This document shows positions 50,582 through 60,913 of a stretch of DNA of 64,000 nt, one piece after another. Every line of letters begins with the position of its first letter. Position 1 is the stretch's first letter. Made by a program: the position numbers and the translations under genes. This DNA comes from Prorocentrum cordatum (taxonomy: Eukaryota). Below the pieces are notes generated by a model. The model searched no databases and had not been told where the DNA came from. It saw only the letters and a program-made list of their open reading frames with translations. The stretch spans positions 1-64,000 of the forward strand of contig CAUYUJ010000237.1 in NCBI GenBank assembly GCA_963575745.1. Direction: 5' to 3'.

Positions 50582-50690
50582 GTGCCGCTCGCGGGATGTG
50601 TAAGGGGGAGGGTCCCCCGCCTCCTCCTCCTCCTCCTCCTCCTCCTCCTCCTCTTCATCCTCGTCATCCTCCTCCTTCTCTTTCCCCTCC

Positions 50691-50712
50691 TCCGTAGTCA
50701 TCCTGGCTCAAG
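50691..50712 (+). other. Relict DinoSL (19/22)
   Basis: TCCGTAGTCATCCTGGCTCAAG immediately after (CCT)n. Confidence 0.8.
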
Positions 50713-53700
50713 GCTTGGTTGGCTTGAGCGAGCAGTGTGGATACCGCTGGTCCGCGGCCTGCTTCTGTTTGATCGAGTGTCAGTTCGCCTGAACCCTGAC
50801 CGTGGACAGCCCGCCCTGCCCGCGGGCGGGCTCAGCTACGGCGGTGCAGCTGCCCGCTGCCGCCTCGTGCGTTCCTCTTCTGTGAGCTCCTGCAGGAGCA
50901 TGCCCTTGGCATCGCTCGGACGTGTGCATTTTTCTGTTGACGAGGACCATCGAGGAGCATCCTTGATCATTTGGCGAAACAACCACGCACGAAACCAAAA
51001 ACAAACACAGGGAATGGACGTCGGAGCGATGGCCAGATGCCCGATGCGGAAGACAATGGGGGTTGGGCGTACGACCCGTGGAGCAAGGTTGGTCGTGGTG
51101 GTGGCAAAGCTCGTCAACGTCCTCTTGGTGGCTACATCGTGTGCGCCTGCGGGCAATGGATGCTGGTGGACCTGCTGGCAAGGCGCAAGTGGCTCTGCAT
51201 CGGTTGCCAGGGCATCCGCGAGCCCAGGGGACCTTCATCTCGCGACTCGTACGCCCAGGGCGACAAACAGACCAGCGAGGATGTCGCCATCGGTGGTGAG
51301 CAGCGCTGGCCCAATCAACAAGACCCCAATGCGCGCCGGCACTGGCGCGGTGATGTTCAGCAGCAGGAGGAGTCAGCCATCACCCTTGCTCGTGAGGTCT
51401 TGACTGCGCTCAAGCAGGCGGCGGGCCAACTTTCCCACTTTGACGCTCATAAGTATTGGCCCCTTTATCGCACCAGCTGCTCCAGGTTCGCCCCCGATGT
51501 CGGTTGAGGCAGCATGGAATCGTGCCTCTCAGTTGCGCAGGGCAGCTGCAGACCGTCTCGATAAGGCGCTGCGCAAGAGAGCGGAGCTGGATAATCAGGC
51601 GATGAAGACTCTGGACGATTTCATGGCGAATGACTTCGCTGCCGACCAGGCCCTTGAGGAGGCCACCCGAGTTGCGGCAGCTGGTGTGTTCACGCAGACG
51701 CAGCCCAAAGCTATTGCCAACAATAGTTCGCCTCTTTTTCAGGACTCGGCAAACCACTTGGCACTGGATTTTAACCAAGATATTGACCTATCTGGGCTGG
51801 CCTTTTCACATTCAAGATTGCGCGGACCTCCAGAAGTTCCAATCGGACTAGGCTGACAAGATCAAGATGCCTTTGCACGGCGGTCAAGACATAGGCGGGT
51901 CAGCATCTGCATGGGTTTCGTGCCTGAATGGAGGGGGGTCTCGCAAGAAGCGGAGGACTGGCGATGATGTAGATGGTTCCGCGGGTGTCGGAACAGAGCC
52001 GCCCGCCCCCAAGTCGAGCCCTGCCCTTCAAACGGCAGCAGGCGCCCCCGCCGCGGGGGCCGCGGGCTTTTCGGGCAGCGCGGCGAGCCCTCAGTAGCCC
52101 CAGCCAGCGGCTCCCCGATCGGACCCGAGCGCGCTCAAAGCTGATCAGCCTTGAGCTGACCAGCTCAAGGCTCATCAGCTCAAGGCTCAGCGAAGCCGCG
52201 AAGGCCACGGACGCGGCAAGGGCGAGGCCACGAGCGACAGACAAGGTTCCTGGCCCAGGTTCCCCTGGGGCTGCCCAACCAGTTCCTGTTCCTGTTTCCA
52301 AGGCCCTCGAGTTCATTTACTCTAACATCTCAGGATGTGGGCCCGCAGCTTCCATTTGGAATGCTCGCGCTGACGCCGACATTGTCCTTCTTGTTGAACG
52401 CCGTCAACGAGGGCATTTCTATCGCGGCCAAGGCGCCGCGCAAACTTGGGCGGCGCGTCGCAGCGCGCGGGCGCGCGGAGCGGAAGCAGACGATGCCTCA
52501 TCTGGCGCCTTTGTCGCAGCCCGCCCACATACATTTGGGTTCGCGAGCCTCGCTTTTTCAGCTGGCGAAGGGTCCGAGGCTGGTTCCTCTCATTGGCTGC
52601 AGTGCACGTTCTGTCTCAGGCACGTCTCGCTCGCCATCGTAGTTGTGCGCCTCCACGCTGGTGGCGAGCTTTGCGGCGACGCCCCTGGGCTGCTGGCAGA
52701 CATCGGCGCGCGCCAGAGCTCGGCCAGAGCCCCTGCCTTCGCCGTTGGCGACTGGCAGGTTGGACGCGGGGTTATTGAGGAGTCTTGCTAGCTGGGGCCC
52801 CCCGGCCCGACCGTTGCCCCCGCGCCTGGGGTCGCAGTCACTTGCGCGGGCGTTTCAACCGGCCGCGATGGTTTACGATGCGTGCTCGACAGTGTTTCAG
52901 TCTGCCTGCCGCTTCGCGGGTGCTGTCCCAGTTCCGCGGGGCTCCCGCGCGGCTCTCGGCTTCGATATCTCATCCGCCCCCAGATCCATCCACGCATGGA
53001 AAGCTATGCGCCGGAAGCCTCTCCTCGTTGAGGGCGCTGCAGCGCGGGTAGCTCCGCGGGCCCATTTCTCTGTCGAGACGAGGCCCCCCAAGCGCCATCG
53101 CTGGACTTCTCTCCGAGGCCGACTCGCTTGTGGCGGACCTGCTGCCGCTGCGCCCCGGCAGCTCAGACGTGCCACTAGCCTCGGGCAACTAGTTATATCC
53201 GATTGGGCCCACGCCCCCGAGGCGTTCTCCAATTTTCCCAGGATGGCGCCTCCCAGTCCGACGGTCGATGGTCGCAGCCCAGGTCGAGGGGCCTCGTTTG
53301 GCTGGCGGGGCTGTTCGATGGCGGGGGTCGGCTACTGTCCGGGTTCAGTTTCTCTTCGAGTTGGCGCCGCTTGACGCCGGCCCCGCGGCGCCCCCCCGGC
53401 CCGACCGTGCCCGGGCTGCCTGTCTCGCGCGACCCTGGCTCGGCTCTCGCAGCGGGCGCCCCCTCGGCCATTGGGCCCGCGCGATGTTCTGCCGCGTTTT
53501 CCAAGGCAGGAAAACAAAACATTCAAATTGTGGCCAGTGCGATTCAGGGGCATCTCTACTGCGGCTGCGGATGGGCCGGTCGATTTCGTCGACGAGTTGC
53601 GACGGGCGTTTGAGAGGCGCGCCGCGACGACTTCGAGTTTCATCCCACGTCGCGGCAAGCCTGACTTAAACACGTTTTTTCTATCGCTGCGCCGGCACTG

Positions 53701-54110
53701 CCCGCGAACTTTTCCGCGCGCCAGCTGGCCCGCTTCCCCGCGACGAGGTTGGCGATGGCGGCCCCTGCGCGCCCCTCCGCAATGCGTTAGCTGGCCAGCG
53801 CAAGTGCGCGGGCGTCGCGGCGCTTGCCGCCGATAAGCATGGGCCATTTCAACGAAGCCCCCGCCGCTAGGCCAGATGCGCGGGGCCAAGGCTCGGAACG
53901 AAGTGGACCGCGCCTGGTCCAGGAGAGTAGCCTTGAAGCGAAGCAGCGCTCAATAGATCTCCTGCGACGCATTTGAGGGGCAGCGGCCTGGTCCCTTCCA
54001 GCAGTTTGGCTCGCTTATCGCCCTGATCGAAAAGCCCGACCGTGGAAAACGGCCCATAGTTTTTCTTGGCTTCATTTATCCATTCCCTCTCCAAATCAGG
54101 GAAACCTTGA
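50691..54110 (+). mobile_element. LINE-E: 5'-intact, 3'-truncated non-LTR retrotransposon (Zn-finger ORF1, EN, start of RT)
   Basis: ORF1 CACGQW...CIGC and coiled coil; EN IYSNISG, IVLLVE, AVGDWQ (52310-52790); RT entry LIALIEKPDRGKRPI (~54015-54060), after which similarity stops. Confidence 0.7.
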
Positions 54111-54171
54111 TCACCCGGCGGGGCCGCGAGTGGCGCGGATTATGGGGCGCCGCGGCATGAGGATCCGCTAG

Positions 54172-54259
54172 CGCGTCTGGGTGGGCTGATGAGCTCGAGA
54201 CTGAGCTCGCACCAGTGGAACTCCTCAGAGCGATCCTGGTCCTGCGCTCTGAGCCGCGG
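54172..54259 (+). CDS. Host gene exon: (S)[29 protein letters not shown]
   Basis: CTAG acceptor (phase 2), CGG|GCACG donor (phase 0); fits both neighbours. Confidence 0.5.
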
Positions 54260-54334
54260 GCACGTCAAGGACGCTGTCCCCCGCCCGTTCATGCTCGACT
54301 CTCCTCTGCCTGCCTCGCCACTTGAGGGGATTGG

Positions 54335-54366
54335 GCGCGCGTGTGTGTATGTGTGTGTGCGTGTGC

Positions 54367-54403
<37 letters not shown>

Positions 54404-54523
54404 GGTGTGGTTATTGTTTGTGTGTGTTGGTTTGTTTGTGTGTGTGTTGCGTGCGTGGGTGCGCGCGAGCGTACGTGCGTGCGTGCGTGCGTGCGTGTGT
54501 CTGTGTGTGTCGGTGTGTGTCGG

Positions 54524-54578
<55 letters not shown>

Positions 54579-54605
54579 AGCGTGCGCGCGCGCGTGCGCG
54601 TGCGC

Positions 54606-54684
<79 letters not shown>

Positions 54685-54768
54685 CGTGTGTGTGTGCGTG
54701 TGTGTGCGTGCGTGCGTGCGTGCGTGCGTGCGTGTGTGTGTGTGTGTGTGTCTGTGTGCGCGTGTGCA
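54335..54768. repeat. (GT)n/(GCGT)n microsatellite
   Basis: Direct reading. Confidence 0.95.
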
Positions 54769-55593
54769 TCCAGTTTGCTGACTCGCTCCTTCCGTCTTCC
54801 GGTCCCGTTTGGCGCATGTCACCTCCACCTCGCCATTGTTTCGTTTATCCACTGTTCCCCCCCGCCACTCATGCCGCTTGAGTTGTGCTCGGTCTGCGGT
54901 TTCAGGGCGACCTCTGATGGACGCCGCCTCGCCAATGAGCGTGCTGGACCCGACCAAGAGGGGCCATGATAATCTCTCCAGGATCCGCAGGAATTTTCTC
55001 CCGTCCTACCGTGGCCCACTTGTGGCTTTCGCGGCGGCGGCAGCGGAGTTGGCGGTCTCAGTGGTTCAGGCTCCCGGCGGGATCCTTGGGCCATACCTGG
55101 GGCCGACCTCTGTTGACGAATCTGTAAGGGATTGCTGTCTCGGCTGGTCGCGCGCCCCACGGCGTGGCCTCGTCCATGCAGCAGGCCAGCTTCGAGGACG
55201 CGCGTCTTTTTTGTTGCTGGGGCCAGTGCCCCCCCTCTCCCGCGCATTGGAAGGCATCGCCCTCTCGGTGGTGGCGGCCTCTTTGCGGGAGTGGGGGGGA
55301 GTGGATGTGCAGGCTGCCGGCATTCTGGCTGGTGGCAGCGGGCGGAGGCAGTTCCTCGCCACGCGTGTGGCCCCTCCGCCGAATCCGGCCGAATCCTCCC
55401 CTCTTGTTCCCGCTGCTGCTGCTGCTTCCCCACCCCCTCCCTCTCGACTCCCCCTTCCGACGGCGTAGAGCGAGCAGGCCAGGGATGCAGGAGGGGGAGG
55501 CGGGGGGGCGGGGGGAGGCCGGGGCAGGAAGGGGGGGGGGGGGGGTGAGCCACCGCTCCTCTGGGCCCCACCCCCCTCGGCGACCTGTCGCAG

Positions 55594-55693
55594 TGGCCGC
55601 CGCTGGCGCCTGGGCCGCTGGCCGCCGTGCGGGCCGCGCTGGCAGACCTGAGCGCGGACTACCTGCACTTCTTCATCGAGGACCTGCTGCGCG
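55594..55693 (+). CDS. Host gene exon: WPPLAPGPLAAVRAALADLSADYLHFFIEDLLR
   Basis: CGCAG acceptor, G|GC donor, very high GC3. Confidence 0.6.
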
Positions 55694-55996
55694 GCCGGGC
55701 GCGATCGCCGACCGCGCCCGCGGATCGCGCGGGCCGAGGGCCCCTCTCCTGCCCCGTTCGCTCCACTCCTCTCGCTTCGCGCCCCGCCCTCGTCGCACTC
55801 CAGTTCGCTCCGTTTTCAATCCATGTTTTTCCCTCACAACATGAGCTCCTCGCACCTTTACGCTCCCCTCGCTTCGAGTTCCGCTCTGCTCTGCTCCGCT
55901 CTGCTCCACTTCACCTCGCACTCCGCTCCACTGGAGCGTGTTTCTTCATTGCTGAGGGCGTACTGGGCATTACAGCCCCTGGCCCCCCCCCCCTCC

Positions 55997-56088
55997 TATA
56001 ACGTAACGCCCCCCCCCCTCCCCAGTGCGCTCCGGGCACTGCCGCCGTGCGCATCGGGCGTACGGCGGGGGGGAGGCGTTACATTATA
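55997..56088. mobile_element. 92-bp MITE-like hairpin with ~22 bp TIRs ending in TATA
   Basis: TATAACGTAACGCCCCCCCCCC versus the reverse complement of GGGGGGGAGGCGTTACATTATA (20/22). Confidence 0.55.
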
Positions 56089-56299
56089 CCCCCCCTGGCC
56101 CCCTCCCCCCCCATCATGCCCACTATCGCCGAAAGTAAAGAAACGCGCTCGAGAGGAGAGGGAGCAGGGCTGCATGTGGAGGGCGCGCGTACGTGGCCAC
56201 GCAGCCCAAACAAAACACACACACAGAGCAGGAGCGTCCACGCCGTGCGTCGCGTCGCGCGCGTGGTGGTGGCGCCTTGCGGCCGTGGCTCACATGCAG

Positions 56300-56511
56300 C
56301 CCTGCCGCCTTTCTTCTTCCCCGACCTGCTCTGCGAGGCGAGGGCGCTGAGTGGCGCTGGCCCCCTCAAGGCCCCGGGAGGCCTCCGAGGGACTGCTGGC
56401 CCCCCTCGCGAGGACCCGCGGCGCATGCGGCGGGTGCTGCTGTGCGCCGAGGGCGACGCCGGCGGGGAGTGCGAGTCGTACACCCTCGGCGACGGCCTGT
56501 GCGCGCTCGAG
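56300..56511 (+). CDS. Host gene exon: (A)LPPFFFPDLLCEARALSG...RRVLLCAEGDAGGECESYTLGDGLCALE
   Basis: TGCAG acceptor (phase 1), GAG|GT donor (phase 0), high GC3. Confidence 0.65.
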
Positions 56512-57294
56512 GTGGGCGGGCACAGGGCGCTTGAGGGGGTTAAAGCTGGCACGGAGGTCAAGAGAGCAGCCTCGGTCTGTAGGGGTACCCCGATGTTCGT
56601 CGTGTCTGGGCCCTCCGCGTTGGAGAGTTCCTCGTTTTGGCTATCTCCACGGGCCTTGGTCATATCGGCGAAGGGCACGGGTCCATGAGGGGTGCAGCTG
56701 GTACGAGGGTGGTACAGTCAGTACAGCCGGCACGAAGGTCAAGAACAACCCTACTTTGTTGGGATGGGGGCGCTACTGTTGTTCGCGTGCCGGCCGTCCA
56801 CCTTGGAATGCCCGTCGTTTTTCCCGGAGAGGGCTCCGCTCTGAAGGGTTTTCTGTTAGTTGGTTCACCCCCGGGTCTTATTTGAGGTGGGCCAGCGAAA
56901 TTATTTGCGACAGATGACGAGGTTAAGTTTGATTTGTTTGAACAATTGCGTTCCGCGCGTGCCCGCTCGATGAGAATGCGCCCCCCATTTTCGGGTCCTT
57001 GGTCAATAGCGGTGTTCGCAGACCACCGCTTTCCCTCGTGAAAAAGGGGGCGCGGTGCGTTTTGCGAAGAGTCCGCGCTGAAACACTAGGGTTGGAGGCG
57101 TTGAGATTTGTAGGGACATGAAAAAACGTATACTGTTTGCGTGCCCGCTCGAGGATGGCGCGCCTTGCGCGCCGAAGCCCCGAGGCTGTCTCCAGCGAAA
57201 CGCTTGTGTTGCCGTACCTTGAGGGGCGTGGGCGCCCCAGGATGGCCAGGTAGTTCGGACTCCATGGGAGCGCGAACACAGCGTGATCTACTGA

Positions 57295-57855
57295 GGCTCG
57301 TGGCCCTCGGGGGCGCGGACACAACGCAATTCACGAGGGAGCGCGGCCCTGGGAGCGCGGACGCAGCGTAGTTTACACGGGATCGTGGCCCAGGGAAAGC
57401 AGACGCTGAGTAATTTGCAAGGGATCGTGGCCCTGGGAGTGCAGATGCGGCGTAATTTGCGATGGATTGTGGCCCTGGGAGCGCGGGCGCAGCGTAATTG
57501 ACGAGGTATCCTGGCCTCGGGGGGGGGCGGACATAATCTAATTTCTTGGGGATCTTGCCCCTGGAGGCGCGGGCACAAAGTAATCAACGAGGGATCGTGG
57601 CTCTGGGAGCGCGGACGCAGCGTAATGTACGATGGATCCTGGCCTTGGGGGGGCGGGCACAGCGTAATTTACTCGGGATCTTGGCCCTGGGAGCGGCCAC
57701 AGCGTAATTTACTAGGGGGTCCTGGCCCTGGGGACCCGGATACAGTGTAATTGACGAGGGATCGTGGCCCTGAGAGCGTGAATCTTGTGTAGCTTGCGAA
57801 GGCCGTATCGTGGCCCTGGGGGCATAATTCCGATGTAATTTGCGAAGACCGTGGT
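57295..57855. repeat. Minisatellite, ~42 bp unit, about 13 diverged copies
   Basis: Consensus like GGGATCGTGGCCCTGGGAGCGCGGACGCAGCGTAATTTAC; 42-bp spacing, e.g. 57421 and 57463. Confidence 0.9.
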
Positions 57856-58275
57856 GCCTTTCTAATTCCGCGGGGTCTGCCAAGCTCAACGAAAATGACC
57901 ACACCCACTGCTCTGTTTCTGCTGGCTGGAAGGCGGCAACAAAAGAAGAGCAGTGGCTGTGGTCGTTTTCCCGTCCCGTAAAGAGGCACCCAAAAACTCA
58001 CCCCGCAGACGCCGTGACGGTGTCTGCACCCGGCCTTGGGCCTTCGGCGATGGGGCGCAGTCCCTGATCCCTGTCCGGGCCCGTGGCTCGATCATGCGGG
58101 TACCGTGAGCGGCCTGAGTAAGGAACACCGACTGGCTTTTCAGAAGGGGCTCGGTCGTTCCCTCGGCGCTTGCCTGCATCACCTATCGTTCCTTGTGCGC
58201 TATGTATCATTGATCGTTCCTTCTGCGTGACTCCTTGGAAAAAACGGGCTTCGTTTCTGATCCACCGTTCCTCAG

Positions 58276-58360
58276 GCCAGGCCGGTGACTACAATTCTCT
58301 GCACGGGGCCCTGGGCCTTCGGCGACGGGGGCGCGTGCCCTCGCCGCCGCGTCTCGACTG
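58276..58360 (+). CDS. Host gene exon: ARPVTTILCTGPWAFGDGGACPRRRVST
   Basis: CTCAG acceptor (phase 0); putative G|GC donor. Confidence 0.45.
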
Positions 58361-59229
58361 GCGCCCTCCCCCCCTCGCGACGGGTGGGGGGGGGCGGCGC
58401 CGAAGGCTACGGGGCGGCGCCGAAGGCTGCGCCGCCTCGTCGGCGGGGCGGCGCCCCGCCCTCGGCAGAGGGCGAGGGGGCGAAGCAGGAGGCCGAGGAG
58501 AAGATCCTCCTCCTCCTCCTCCTCCTCCTCCTCCTCCTCCTCCTCCTCTTATTTTTGTTATTGTTATCCTTCTCCTCCTCCGTCTCCTCCTCGTCCTCCT
58601 CCTCTTATTCTTATTATGATTATCCTCCTCCTCCTCCTTCTCTTCAGTGGTCGTTTTTTATTCGTTGTTTTGCCGATCGGCGCGGGCCCTCGCACCCCCC
58701 CCCCCTCTCCCTCCTCCGCCCCCCTGGAGTGGATCTTGGCTGTTCTGGGCGCCCGTTTCAGCAGGCGGAGTCTCCCCTCATAGGACCCAGTGCTGCAAAC
58801 AGTCGCACTACGCAGAGGTCCAGAGCCAGACCCCCCCCCTCCCCCCCTACCGCCCAATGTCGAAACGCCGAGTAAAAAACGCCCACATGCGACCCTCTGG
58901 GGTTTCGTCGTCGTCTTCGTCGTCGCCGCCGCCGCCGCCGTCGTCGTTGTCGTCGTCGTCGTCGCCGTCGTCGTCGTAGTCGGCGCCCTTCGCCGTCGTC
59001 GACGGCGCCCTTCGCCGTCGCCTCCTCCCGCTCCTGCTGGCGTTGCCTCGCTGCCTCCGCCTCTGCCGCATCCTGCCGGCGTCGCCTCGCCGCCGCTGCC
59101 GCCCCGAAGGTCGCGGGGCCGAGGGGGAGCGCGGCGCTGGTGCGCTCGCCCTGTAATCCGCCGAGCTGGTCGCAGGGTCGGCACGAACCCGCGGCACGTG
59201 CCCGCCCCCCCCCCCCCCGGACCCCCCAG

Positions 59230-59500
59230 GCGCGAGATCCAGGGTCGAGGATCGAATTCAGGGGCAACGTCAGGGGGGCGATAGTCTCAGGGGGCTGGGA
59301 AGGCATCGACCCCCAAGCGGACAGGGGCCTGATGGCCCACGCCGCCCCAGGGCGTGCGGTGTCGCCATCGGTGACCTGTCGCCGATCTGCCATCGCCGTT
59401 GCAAGATCGATGTTTCCCCCCCCGAGCGGGTCCCGCCCTTGTCGTTCCCCCTCAGGGTCGATGATCCAGGCTCTTGGGCGTGTTGGAGCCTCCTTGAGCC
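59230..59500 (-). pseudogene. Possible LTR-retrotransposon aspartic protease remnant
   Basis: RAWIIDP.G...NIDLATA resembles W-I/L-I-D-S/T-G...L-x-T-A-N-G; very degenerate. Confidence 0.25.
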
Positions 59501-60001
59501 TCCGTCGTGGCCACGGCCAGATCTGCATCGACATTCTGGCCGGGGCGTGGTCTGCGTCAGGTCCACGGATCGGTTTTGAGGATCCTCCAGCCGTCGGTGG
59601 GCCTTACCAGCCGTTTTCAACCCCACGTGGCCATCAAGAAATGGTCCGCGACGGAAAGCCGGTCCCAGTGGTGAGGTCGTGAGCTTTGGGGCCTGCGCCA
59701 TGAACAAAGTCACGACGTCGGGGGTCGGATTCATCGCGCGGTGGCGGTAGGGGGTCGTCTTTTGCCTGCGCAGCCTGTGCGCCTTCAATTCCTTTCCCTG
59801 CGGTGGCGCGCACGAGGTGTTGGATCCGTGTAGCGCGGGTGGGGGCGGGGGCTTCCTCAGTGATTCTCCCGTCTTCTGCGGGGCCCTCCCAGAGGCCACC
59901 GATCCCCTCTGTGAGGGCCCCTGCCTCTTCAGAAGATCCCCCTCGCCCCACCCGCCTGCGAGCACCGCCGGCAGGCTCGGAGGGACAAAACACGGCACGA
60001 G

Positions 60002-60152
60002 CATAAACTTTCGGAGGTCCGCGCGGATTGCTTGGATCAGCACTGGGCCCGCCTCCCTGGCGCGCTCTGCGCGCCAGGAGCGGCGCCGGCTGCGCCGCCA
60101 GGGGGGCCCAGCGCCGTTCCAAGAAATCCGCGCGGATCTCCGGCAATTTAGG
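60002..60152. repeat. ~150 bp inverted repeat (MITE-like hairpin, ~55 bp arms)
   Basis: TCCGCGCGGATTGCTTGGA pairs with TCCAAGAAATCCGCGCGGA and the pairing extends on both sides. Confidence 0.7.
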
Positions 60153-60913
60153 GTCATTCCACAATCAGTGCTTGCATTGAAGGGGTCCTAGCGGAGATTG
60201 AAAGCGTAGTCGAAGGTACGGCGCTGATTTCTGTAGGCGGCCAGGTTCCAGGAGTCCTGGTTACGGGTTCTCAGGTTCCTTGTCTTGGTTCTTGGCCGAT
60301 TTCGGTGGGCGGCCAGGTTCCTGGGGTCTCTGTTCCGGATCAGGAGTTCACAGCGTTCTAAGATGCTTGGGTTTTCGAATTCTTGGTTGCCGTCAAGTAC
60401 CCAGGTCTATGCGACCACGATCGTAGTTACATGCTAGAAAGTGAAGAGAGAGGAGTACACATCATATAGTAGAGAGTAAAAATGAGAGATCACAGAATTG
60501 AGCATCTGGGCTTTATATATTGAGCACTTTCAACAGTTCACGCGTACAAGCATATGCAATGATAGCAACGTGGGTTGACAGCGTAAGTATTGATACGTCT
60601 ACTCATTTATTCATATTATATATATGCACGTGTGTAGAGGTAGGGAGAGAGAGAGAGAGAGACCACATACCGAGTGTGTATGGGGAGTTGCAAAGTTTAG
60701 AGAAGTTCATGCTTGTATGTTTACAGACATACGTGCACAGAGTTACACAGACTCGTGTATACCTATCGTTGTATGTATCGATGCACATACATATATACAC
60801 AGAACGAGAGAGAGAGAGGGAGAGAGCGAGAACAACAAAACGTTATAAGGTAAATGGTGAGCAGAGAGAGAGAGAGAGAGAGAGTAGTTCCCCTATCAGC
60901 GCTTATACCGCAG

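Noticed and set aside
57295..57855. CRISPR array
   Set aside because: The units are contiguous diverged repeats without unique spacers; no cas genes; eukaryotic context.
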